A stretch of DNA of 64,000 nt from a virus: IMG/VR virus record IMGVR_UViG_3300035661_000010; one strand, written 5' to 3'. The notes under the pieces are model-generated. The model saw only the letters and a list, made by a program, of their open reading frames with translations, had not been told where the DNA came from and ran no database searches. The position numbers and the translations under genes are program-made. Below are positions 43,811 to 52,009 of this stretch, piece after piece (the stretch's first letter is position 1; every line of letters begins with the position of its first letter).

Positions 43811-45189
43811 TGAAAAAGGTCTTTGTTACAGGAACATGGGGCCGACCGAACGGACTCGAAGCCAACATCTATCGTTCAACCAACGGAGACGCACTCGTTC
43901 GTCGATACCCGGACTTCGATGAGTACGACGTTTGGAAGAATGCACATACCACCGCGGATCACGATCCGTTTGGTGACGGCGAGAAGAGAGACTGGGCCAA
44001 GTACTACGGTCACATTGACTCGATGATCAAGAGCGGCAAATGGGACGCGATCATCTGCTGTTTCCTCGACGATGCCATCACTGGAGGGATGTCCAAGTAC
44101 GCGGAGAAGATTCCAACGCTGTGCGTGAACAGAGAAGCGGCCAGGCTCGAGGACGACCGATGGTTTGCTCGATCGGTTACGTCGAAGTACGGCGTGGCCG
44201 CTTCTGCAATGGAGCTCGTCCGGACAAAGCAGGAGGCGCTTGCCTTCCTGAGTAACGACTGCCCGTGGGAGGGATGCGTTGTGAAACTGCTCGACTCCAC
44301 GACACATGAGGTCGTTGCGGAGATCTACGATACGAAGAAGGAAGCCATCTCGGCCATCGAGTCGCGGCCAGACGCTTGGTTTCCGAGCGTCATCGAAGAG
44401 AAGCTGTCTGGTCACGAAGTCGCGTTCTCGGTGCTCGTCAGCCACGAAACAGACCAGATCATCCCGATGGTCACCGATTTCGAGTACACGCGGTTGGCCA
44501 CCGGAGACCTGGGTCGAGAGACGAGCGAGATGGGCTCGCACGACATCGCTGGAGTCTCTGACAGGGTGCTCCAGGAAATCTTTTGGCCAATGATGCCTTG
44601 GTTCAAGGAGGTCGGCTACACGGGCTGGCTCGATGCGAGCTGCATGTACAATCCGAAGACAGACACGCTAACGGTTTTCGAGTTCATGACCAGACTTGGA
44701 AGTAGCCAGTTCGAGCTGGCGATGACACTGCTCGGCACGGACTTCTCGGAAATCGTCCAGAGGATGCACCGAAAGGCCCTTCGTCCAGACGATGTCCGGT
44801 GGCGGTACAAGCACGGTGTAGGCGTTGTGGTCTGCGACAGCTACGCGATGACCGGAGAAAGTGACCGCCGACACATTGTTTCCGGTCCGGTGAAGGAACT
44901 GATCTACGGTCGCGTCTTCGCCGACTACGGCTTCCAGACGCTGTCGAGAATGAACTGTGTCTTCGACAAGCAGGAACGCATGGTGACGAGAGGCGATCGC
45001 GTCTACAACGCCATTGGAGCTGGTGACACGTTTCCCATCGCGAAGAAGCATGCCTACAGCGTTGCTCGGTTCTGCAAGTTCACGGGCGCGTACTACAGGA
45101 CAGACATCGGCTATCGCTGGGAAGACGATGAGGCGAAGGGCGCGCTGGGTGAGAGCGGGGTCCTTCCGAGAGGCTGGTACCGAGAATGA
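43810..45189 (+). CDS. Diverged PurD (GAR synthetase)-like ATP-grasp ligase
   Basis: AARLEDDRWFA, VIEEKLSGHEV, FEYTRLATGDLGRETSEMG, GYTGWL, FEFMTRLG, VTRGDRV, YYRTDIG. Confidence 0.8.
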   Translation: MKKVFVTGTWGRPNGLEANIYRSTNGDALVRRYPDFDEYDVWKNAHTTADHDPFGDGEKRDWAKYYGHIDSMIKSGKWDAIICCFLDDAITGGMSKYAEKIPTLCVNREAARLEDDRWFARSVTSKYGVAASAMELVRTKQEALAFLSNDCPWEGCVVKLLDSTTHEVVAEIYDTKKEAISAIESRPDAWFPSVIEEKLSGHEVAFSVLVSHETDQIIPMVTDFEYTRLATGDLGRETSEMGSHDIAGVSDRVLQEIFWPMMPWFKEVGYTGWLDASCMYNPKTDTLTVFEFMTRLGSSQFELAMTLLGTDFSEIVQRMHRKALRPDDVRWRYKHGVGVVVCDSYAMTGESDRRHIVSGPVKELIYGRVFADYGFQTLSRMNCVFDKQERMVTRGDRVYNAIGAGDTFPIAKKHAYSVARFCKFTGAYYRTDIGYRWEDDEAKGALGESGVLPRGWYRE

Positions 45190-45764
45190 AGGTCAAGATT
45201 TCGTTATGGAATCCGCTCGAAGACGTGATCGAAACGTTCATGTTTTTGCTTGGATTGTCGGGCTCCATCGTCTTCATGCGTCACAGGTGGCTGGCGCTTG
45301 CTGCCGCGCTGATTGGTGCCCTTGGAGCCGCGAGACTCCTGACCCAGGCCATCGGGCGTTCGCGTCTGCGCAACAGCATGCGTTACGTCACAGTCCACGG
45401 GCTCATGATCGTTGGGAACCGGGTACCCTCTCCAGAGTACGTGGAGCAGGTGATTTCGGAGACGTTCGAGTGGCTCACCGAAAACGCACGGTTCGAGGAG
45501 AAAGACTTCGAGAGACTGCTTCATGGGTGTGTTCTCGAAGTCATCGACGCACCGTTGCCGGAGTGGTGCGACCTCACATGCCCGTGGGCATTGCTTCCAT
45601 GGGACTCAGGCAAGTGGATGCGTTGCGGAATGAACGATGGGCGCAAGCTACCGGCTCTGCCGCATGTTTTGTTACATCGCGCGATGTACGTGAAGTATGG
45701 GATGATCGAGTCAGTTGATGTGCATGAAGCGGCCGATGACGTCGGCTTCGATAGGACGGGCTGA
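45186..45764 (+). CDS. Hypothetical membrane protein
   Basis: Two N-terminal hydrophobic segments; HVLLH. Confidence 0.55.
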   Translation: MKVKISLWNPLEDVIETFMFLLGLSGSIVFMRHRWLALAAALIGALGAARLLTQAIGRSRLRNSMRYVTVHGLMIVGNRVPSPEYVEQVISETFEWLTENARFEEKDFERLLHGCVLEVIDAPLPEWCDLTCPWALLPWDSGKWMRCGMNDGRKLPALPHVLLHRAMYVKYGMIESVDVHEAADDVGFDRTG

Positions 45765-45766
45765 AC

Positions 45767-46795
45767 ATGGCGAATGAAAAGAAAAAGACGCAGCCCGTAT
45801 CTACGGACCCGCCGGCGCCTGCTACCGAAACGTTGCCGTCAGCTCCCATGCCGCCCACTCCAGCGTTCGACATGGCGATGCCCCCAATTCCGTCACTGGC
45901 CGGGGCAAGTCTTCCGGCCTTTGCGATGACTCGCATAGAGACGGTCAAGACTGAGGTTCACAACGCTGAGCCTGTGACCGAGAGCAAGTCGCTCAAGGTG
46001 TGGGACGTTCCGGTCGACCTCATCGATCCAAACGTAGACAACCCGAACGAGATGGACGAGGAGACCTTCAACGTTCTCGCAGAAGAGATCGACGAGCAGC
46101 ACGAAGGTTCACCTGGCTTCATCGAACCGATTCACCTGGTCCGCTTGAACAACGGTCGATTCCAGCTCGTTGGCGGAGAGCACCGATGGCGAGCAGTGAA
46201 GGCTCTCGGTAGGAAGACGATTCCAGCCTTGATCTTCGAGGGAGGCAATTGGGACAAGGAGGAGTTCCGGGAGTTCATGCTCTTCCGCTTGAACCACCTC
46301 CGCGGCAGTTTGAACACCGACAAGTTCCTGAAGCTGTACCAGAAGCATGCCGAGAAATATGGCAACGAGCAGCTTCAAAGGCTCTACGCCTTCACCGACA
46401 AGGACTACTGGGCAAGCCTCACGGGAGGCACGAAGCAGGCGCTCAAGGACATGGGCATGTCGCAGGAGATGCTCAACGACTTCGACGAGAAGAGCAAAGA
46501 GGTAAAGACGGTCGACGACCTCGCCTCCATCCTGAATGGCTTGTTCTCGAAATACGGGAACGACCTTCGGTACAACTTCATGGTCTTCGTTTTCGGCGGC
46601 AAAGAGCATCTCATGATCCGAATGGACAAGGAGATGACTGCCCAGATGGAGAAAGTGAAGAGGTTCTGTCGAGACAATCAGATCGACGTGAACCTGCTCT
46701 TCAAGCCAGTGGTGAGTCGCATCAAGGACTTCGCAGAAGATCCAGAGACGCTGGCCAGGCTGAAGTCGACCGGTGAAGTCGACGGCTTCAAGTGA
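45767..46795 (+). CDS. ParB/Srx-domain protein
   Basis: VPVDLIDPN.DNPNEM, GFIEPI, LVGGEHRWRA...LG; Pro-rich N-terminus. Confidence 0.82.
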   Translation: MANEKKKTQPVSTDPPAPATETLPSAPMPPTPAFDMAMPPIPSLAGASLPAFAMTRIETVKTEVHNAEPVTESKSLKVWDVPVDLIDPNVDNPNEMDEETFNVLAEEIDEQHEGSPGFIEPIHLVRLNNGRFQLVGGEHRWRAVKALGRKTIPALIFEGGNWDKEEFREFMLFRLNHLRGSLNTDKFLKLYQKHAEKYGNEQLQRLYAFTDKDYWASLTGGTKQALKDMGMSQEMLNDFDEKSKEVKTVDDLASILNGLFSKYGNDLRYNFMVFVFGGKEHLMIRMDKEMTAQMEKVKRFCRDNQIDVNLLFKPVVSRIKDFAEDPETLARLKSTGEVDGFK

Positions 46796-46913
46796 CGTAA
46801 TCTCGCAAACATAGACTCGTTGACACGCGGCAGATTTGCATGCGGACGCGAACGTGTGTCATGGTGCCGGGCCTCGCATCCGGCTGGGCAGTACGACAAC
46901 AAGGAGAGAGACG

Positions 46914-47636
46914 ATGAACTTGGTGATGTCAATCGTTGTGTGGCTTGTGAGTGCGATGATCGGCTGGGTTCCATTGACCGATCACCGCGGCAACGGAGAT
47001 ACGCAGGCTCAGACGGAGCAGAGGTATGAGGACATCGCGCTCGACGCGTTGAAGGTTGCCTTCGACGAGAACGAGAAGCCGATCTTCTCTGGAGAGTTTG
47101 GTCGTACCAGGACGGCGCTCCTCATGCTTGCCATCTCGCGATGGGAGTCGAACTACGCCAAGAGGATTGACAGCGGTGACTGTCGCAAGGGTGAATGCGA
47201 CAACGGCATGGCAATGTGCATCATGCAGGTACACGCCGAAGGCGGCGGGCTCGTGCTCGAAGGCGACACGTACAAGTTTGCCAACAGCAAGAGCAAGGTT
47301 TGGAGGGACGAGCACTCCGATCAGATCATCGACTTGAAGGCGCTCAAGGATCGAAAGAACTGCTTCAGGGCGGCGCTGCACAAGATTCGCGAATCCTTCA
47401 TGGCGTGTTCGTGGATGTCGGTCGAAGACCGGCTCGGGATCTACACGGGCGAAGGATGCAAGAAAGACGCTGAAGGGCACCCGAAGCCAAACATGCTGAG
47501 CAGAACCAGGGTGAAGACGTACCTCTGGGCCATGAATCGAACGGTGGCGATCCCTGTCAACGATGCAATGATCGCCCCCATGTTTAGGTCGGTCGACGGA
47601 CTGTCAGTGGTGGATACGGCTACCGTGGATCGTTGA
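46914..47636 (+). CDS. Secreted/anchored lysozyme-fold (transglycosylase-like) protein
   Basis: AAGGAG RBS; hydrophobic N-terminus; AISRWESNY and CIMQV match SLT motifs ES and GLMQ. Confidence 0.55.
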   Translation: MNLVMSIVVWLVSAMIGWVPLTDHRGNGDTQAQTEQRYEDIALDALKVAFDENEKPIFSGEFGRTRTALLMLAISRWESNYAKRIDSGDCRKGECDNGMAMCIMQVHAEGGGLVLEGDTYKFANSKSKVWRDEHSDQIIDLKALKDRKNCFRAALHKIRESFMACSWMSVEDRLGIYTGEGCKKDAEGHPKPNMLSRTRVKTYLWAMNRTVAIPVNDAMIAPMFRSVDGLSVVDTATVDR

Positions 47637-48147
47637 GGACGATGTTGTAGCGACGACTGTCTTCGTTGACCATCTCGTCGTAGTGATGCCTCATGTCCGC
47701 GGGCGTGAGCTCGTGCAGCAGCTCGTATATGGTGGCGACGTGTGCTTCGACTTCGTCGCTGCCATCGTTCATCGTCTGGAGAATTCGGCTCGTATGAGCA
47801 CACGTCCCCATGATGATGATCCGACCATCGGTCAGAGGAAAGAATGGGTAGATCTTGCAGTCGGTTGCCCACTGAACCTTGCCCCCAGCTGAAGGGTGGA
47901 TGCCGCAGCCATGGCTTGAGAGAAACGAGCAGTTTCCGTTGCTGTAGATGGTGAGTCGAACGGTTCCGTCGACGATAGACCCGATATCGGCCATCGTCTG
48001 ATGTAGCGGCTGGTCCTCGATGCTCACTAGAATCTGATCGTCGTCCTTTCCGTGACAGCAGTACGTGCATCCGTCGCTGGCGCAGTCTGTGAAGTAGGCG
48101 ATGGAAGCTGAGAGTCGAGCCCATTTCGATTCTTTGGTTTCGTTCAT
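47620..48147 (-). CDS. YkgJ-like CxxCxxCC Fe-S/Zn cluster protein
   Basis: CASDGCTYCC...CSFL....CGIH...DCKIYPF. Confidence 0.75.
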   Translation of the reverse strand: MNETKESKWARLSASIAYFTDCASDGCTYCCHGKDDDQILVSIEDQPLHQTMADIGSIVDGTVRLTIYSNGNCSFLSSHGCGIHPSAGGKVQWATDCKIYPFFPLTDGRIIIMGTCAHTSRILQTMNDGSDEVEAHVATIYELLHELTPADMRHHYDEMVNEDSRRYNIVLNDPR

Positions 48148-48195
48148 GTCAGAGATAGGATGCATCAGGGGCAAGAAAGCCTCAATGGAGGATGC

Positions 48196-49101
48196 ATGGA
48201 TCTTTCGCTCTACAAGGCAGGAGCTCGCCCTGACTCTACGGAACAGCACGACGCGGCTCCGGATTACGAGTCCAAGTACAAAGCCGGGGTCACCAGGATT
48301 TCGTCGCTGTACGTGAACATGGCATCGGACCTTCGCCAGTTCAGTCCCAGGACCAGGCATGACCAGGGCGGCGCAGGTACGTGTGTCACGAACTCCGGGA
48401 CGCGTGGGCTAGAGATCAAGCGCGTCATGAAGTTCTTCGCTGCTGCCAAGGCGCGAGGGCTGTCCGATGCAGATGCTCTGAAAGAGGCGTTTTCCAACCA
48501 CGTAGCTCTCTCTCGGGCTGCCTTGTACTATGAGGCACGCGAGCTGATGGAGCCGATGGAGATCGACAAGGACTCGGGCACTAGAAACTCGCTCGCCGCC
48601 GCCGCCCTGTCGACGTGGGGCGTCCCGCCAGAGGTTCCGATTGTCGGCCGGCCTGCATCTGAGTGCTGGGGGTACTCGGACCAGCTGGCGTACCTCTGTA
48701 CGCCCCCGAGCTGGATGGCGATGAGGAGCGCTGCCGCGCACAAGATCAACGGCTGGGCGAAGCTGAAGTCGACAGGGTCAGATCTCGTCGAAGACGTCAT
48801 CGCGAACCTGGCTGTCGGCAACCCAGTGTGGTGGGCGAAACCGGTCGGAGCGAATTACCTCCAGTACAAGAAAGGCGACGTCATCAGGCCTGTCAACGGA
48901 ACGGTGGCTGGCAACCATGCCACCCTGCTCGTCGGCTGGGATCCGCTCAAGAACGGGGGCGTCTTCTGGGACGAGAACTCGTGGGCGAACTCGTGGGGTG
49001 ATGATGGCTTTGCAATGGTCTCGCCGGACGTCATCGAACAAGAAGGTTTCGACCTGATCGTGCTCGAGGGTGGATGGGAAACATGGCTAGAAACGGTATG
49101 A
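48196..49101 (+). CDS. Papain-family (C1) cysteine peptidase
   Basis: GGAGG RBS; DQGGAGTC, GNHATLLVGWD, ENSWANSWGDDG. Confidence 0.88.
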   Translation: MDLSLYKAGARPDSTEQHDAAPDYESKYKAGVTRISSLYVNMASDLRQFSPRTRHDQGGAGTCVTNSGTRGLEIKRVMKFFAAAKARGLSDADALKEAFSNHVALSRAALYYEARELMEPMEIDKDSGTRNSLAAAALSTWGVPPEVPIVGRPASECWGYSDQLAYLCTPPSWMAMRSAAAHKINGWAKLKSTGSDLVEDVIANLAVGNPVWWAKPVGANYLQYKKGDVIRPVNGTVAGNHATLLVGWDPLKNGGVFWDENSWANSWGDDGFAMVSPDVIEQEGFDLIVLEGGWETWLETV

Positions 49102-49546
49102 CCGCTGCACATCGCTTGATTCCAGGCCTCACCAACTGGAAGCGAATGCATCGACGATGCTCTCCGAAGAATAAAGAAAGCGACGTTATTACTTCGACCG
49201 AGGCATTGTGGTTTGCAGTCGATGGAAGACGTTCGATGGGTTCCTGGAAGACATGGGTCAACGACCAACGAAAGATCACACGATCGAGCGTATGAACAAT
49301 GACGGTCCGTACACCAAGTCCAACTGTTGCTGGGCCACCAGGAAGACGCAGGCAAGAAATAGAAGTAGCACTCGACTACTGACGCTCAACGGAAAGACTC
49401 AGTGCTACGCAGCATGGGCAGAGGAAATGGGATTGAGTCAAAATACAATCTACAATCGTCTGAGAATCGGATGGTCTGTTGATGAAGCGCTCACGATGAG
49501 GCCTTCACCATTTGGTAGAGGCATACGGAATCAGGAGGTGGCATGA
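49098..49546 (+). pseudogene. HNH endonuclease-like gene with frameshift near 49175-49181
   Basis: WKRMHRRC in one frame continues as YYFDRGIVVCSRW..F..FLEDMG.RP...TIER.NNDG.Y...NC.WAT in another. Confidence 0.75.
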
Positions 49547-49914
49547 GTACGTTCAAGAAAGCGTCCCAGGTCTTCGTTTGCTTTGTGGCCTCGCTGATCG
49601 TGATCGCGTGTGGAGGTTCGAACCAGATCCCTACGCATCACGCAGCCACGGACACCGCGAGCTGCGATTCGGCCTGCAAGCACTTGCGGGGCGAAGATGG
49701 ATCTGGGTTGAATTGCCCGGAGGGTCAGCCGCTCCAGCCGGACAAGGAGCATCCGAAGGGACAGACCTGCACTGAGTTCTGTGAGTACACGCAGAGCCAG
49801 GGACATGCCCTACACCCGTCGTGCGTCGTGAACGTGAAGTCGTGCGAAGAAATCGAGCCACTCTGTCAGCGAAAGAGCTCACTGAATGGTGCCGAACCAA
49901 GCCCTTTTCACTAG
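49543..49914 (+). CDS. Cys-rich putative lipoprotein
   Basis: GGAGGT RBS; basic-hydrophobic signal and VIAC lipobox; 8 further Cys. Confidence 0.7.
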   Translation: MSTFKKASQVFVCFVASLIVIACGGSNQIPTHHAATDTASCDSACKHLRGEDGSGLNCPEGQPLQPDKEHPKGQTCTEFCEYTQSQGHALHPSCVVNVKSCEEIEPLCQRKSSLNGAEPSPFH

Positions 49915-49915
49915 T

Positions 49916-49965
49916 CCCACGGCCCCCTCTAGATAGAATCAAACTCTCCCCCTCCCACCCAATCG
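49916..49965 (+). promoter_or_regulatory. Repeated intergenic element, copy 2 (putative phage promoter, TAGAAT)
   Basis: 23/26 identical to 31585-31610. Confidence 0.6.
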
Positions 49966-50129
49966 GGGGGGGCGGTCTACGTTCGTTTCGGACAGATACC
50001 CGTGGTTTTCGATACGGAACACACTGGGCCGCACCAACGCATGCGGCTGATGTCCGCGACACTTTGATGGACGACGATGTCCGGCTCGCCCAACAGACGC
50101 GACTCGGTCACCGCCTTTGGAGGACTCCC

Positions 50130-50570
50130 ATGAGTATGGACAGACGGCTTTGCGCTCTACTGCACGAATGGATCTCGATGCTGAAGCCCAACGGCGTCTA
50201 CGAAGACTGGATGATATGTGACCTGGAGAAGGTCGGCATCCTGTACGACGAGAAGGCCAAGATGATCGGCAACGTGAACATGGGCATGCATCCGATCCGT
50301 GTCTTCACGCTTGATGAGTGGTGTGAGCGTTTCAAGAAAGAGGCCGACGCCAAGAGCGAGCTCTCTGGAACGCTGCCAGAGAGCTGGAAGGGAATGCTTG
50401 GTGTCGAGATTGCAGAAGACATCTGCAAGATGCTCAACATGCCGCCCATCTGGATGAACTTCACGGGCCAGGAGCACAGGTTCAACGCCTGCTTGGACAT
50501 GCTGAAGCACGTAGCCAACATGGAGCAAGGTCATGGACAGAAAAAGACACCTCAAGGCCCTGCGGGCTGA
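50130..50570 (+). CDS. Hypothetical protein
   Basis: GGAGG RBS. Confidence 0.6.
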   Translation: MSMDRRLCALLHEWISMLKPNGVYEDWMICDLEKVGILYDEKAKMIGNVNMGMHPIRVFTLDEWCERFKKEADAKSELSGTLPESWKGMLGVEIAEDICKMLNMPPIWMNFTGQEHRFNACLDMLKHVANMEQGHGQKKTPQGPAG

Positions 50571-50900
50571 TCTCGATACCGCAACGTGTACAGAGCTATC
50601 GACGCGACCATCTCGTCGATGATCGACATTGCGCGCTACGACAAAGGCTGGACCACCCCATTCACGGTCGGATGCGACGCCTGCTGCTATGACTTTGCTC
50701 TCGTCACTCAGTACGAGATCATTCCGATCATCGACTCGCTCCGAAGGCTGCCAGCATCATCAAAGGAGAAGATGCGAGCCTCGCTTGAGGCTCGGGTCTC
50801 CAAGATGTAGTTCATGGGAATCGACATCCGATTCTGGCTTCGTACACATCAGCCACAAAAGGACAGACGGCTGTCGCGCTCATGCTCTTGCCAGCGATGC
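50533..50900 (+). pseudogene. Degraded YkgJ-like Cys-cluster gene (3' end uncertain)
   Basis: GCDACCYDFALVTQYE motif; upstream ATG out of frame; premature TAG at 50808. Confidence 0.4.
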
Positions 50901-51036
50901 TTCTGGCGGCATGGAGACTTGTGGAGGGAAAGAACGAGAGCTACGCACAATGGTTCAACGCGCTCGCACTAGAGGCAGAAGAGGTGGATCAGGTCTGAGA
51001 AATCGATACGATGAATTTGTAGACAAGGAGTTTGTC

Positions 51037-51378
51037 ATGGGACAAGTAGGCACACAGACGACGATCAAGCGACGCAGAGCCACGAAGACGGAGCCGGAGG
51101 CAACGGCGCTGCCGGCCGTAGTAGAGGACAAGGGAATCTCGAAGAGAGAGAAGAAGCAGCTCTTCGAAGCGTACGAAGACGCCTCTGGTGAGAAGGTGGA
51201 CGCCCAGGATGCCTTCAAGAAGGCCGAGGAGAAGGTCAGCCAGATCGTGAGGGAGATCCACGACAAGTGTGGCAACGGGCCCTTCCACTGGAGCGGGAAG
51301 ATCGTCACGATCGCTTCCCGCAACGGGAAGTGGTTCTTTCGTAGCAAGAGCGACGAGGACATCGAGGTCATCGGCTGA
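51037..51378 (+). CDS. Hypothetical protein
   Basis: AAGGAG RBS; followed by a terminator. Confidence 0.65.
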   Translation: MGQVGTQTTIKRRRATKTEPEATALPAVVEDKGISKREKKQLFEAYEDASGEKVDAQDAFKKAEEKVSQIVREIHDKCGNGPFHWSGKIVTIASRNGKWFFRSKSDEDIEVIG

Positions 51379-51406
51379 AAGGTGTACCGGGTACCCAAAC
51401 CAGGAG

Positions 51407-51442
51407 GGCGGCAAGGAGAGGTCCTTGCCGCCATTTGCATTT
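51407..51442 (+). terminator. Rho-independent terminator
   Basis: Perfect 11-bp stem GGCGGCAAGGA-GAGG-TCCTTGCCGCC followed by ATTTGCATTT. Confidence 0.7.
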
Positions 51443-51454
51443 CAAGGAGAAGGC

Positions 51455-52000
51455 ATGGACACTCAGCTACTGAAGAAGCTCACGAACAAGGCCGCTTTCC
51501 TCAAAGAGGGATCGATCCTTGGGTTCCCGTTCTCCGCAAGGCTCGCGGGAGCCATGTACAACTGCGCAACCAACGGTTTCTACGCGGTTGCTGTGCATGG
51601 ACCGGCAGAGTACCCGATGCGCAAGCTCGGCGATGCTGCCAGCTGGGACAAGTTCATCAACTTGTTCGAGGATGTGCTCCCGTTCAAGTCTGCATGGAGT
51701 GATTGCAATGAGTTCGAGGCCATCCGTTGGTGGGCAGGGACGCCAACGTGGGAGGTAGATGAGGATGGACACTCGAATGTGTTTGCTCCGGGCAGCCTTC
51801 TGGGCGTCCTCTTGAACAAGGAGCTTCTTTCGCAAGTGCTTGCGGTGGTGCCGTGCCCTAGAAGTCAGGTCAGGGTTCGGGTCACACAGACATGGTCCGA
51901 TCCGATTATGTTTGCCTGTAGGGAGTGGGCGTTTGTCCTCATGCCTCTCCAGCACCCAGGTGGCGACAAGGTCGATACGTTTTGCTCAAAGCGGAGGTAG
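51455..52000 (+). CDS. Hypothetical protein with sliding-clamp-like motifs
   Basis: ATNGF.AV and LNKELL...PIMF...FVLMPL resemble DnaN segments ATDGHRL and YVVMPM. Confidence 0.4.
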   Translation: MDTQLLKKLTNKAAFLKEGSILGFPFSARLAGAMYNCATNGFYAVAVHGPAEYPMRKLGDAASWDKFINLFEDVLPFKSAWSDCNEFEAIRWWAGTPTWEVDEDGHSNVFAPGSLLGVLLNKELLSQVLAVVPCPRSQVRVRVTQTWSDPIMFACREWAFVLMPLQHPGGDKVDTFCSKRR

Positions 52001-52009
52001 ACTGAGGCC

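Noticed and set aside
43810-45189. Possible PurZ / 2-aminoadenine (Z-genome) pathway, given a Pur-like enzyme and an HD hydrolase
   Set aside because: The enzyme is PurD-like (ATP-grasp), not PurA/PurZ-like; no PurZ or MazZ is visible in the window
28612-46795. Captured host O-antigen/capsule locus
   Set aside because: No wzx/wzy/ABC export, nucleotidyltransferase or dehydratase genes; enzymes are interleaved with DNA-associated phage genes and share the gene-packing style of the rest of the window
49170-49185. Programmed -1 frameshift in the HNH gene
   Set aside because: AAAGAAAG is not a canonical in-frame slippery heptamer; decay of a selfish endonuclease or a sequencing indel is simpler
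50042-50080. Hammerhead ribozyme-like CTGATG...GTCC/GGAC
   Set aside because: The core is incomplete: CUGAUGU instead of CUGANGA, and GACG instead of GAAA after the stem
49965-50118. tRNA or tmRNA (G-rich 5' end, TTCG motifs)
   Set aside because: No cloverleaf, no correctly placed T-arm and no discriminator/CCA end found by eye
50808-50810. Stop-codon reassignment (TAG inside the YkgJ-like remnant)
   Set aside because: TAG, TGA and TAA all end well-defined genes at expected positions (ligase, primase, GroES end in TAG), so the standard code applies and this is local decay
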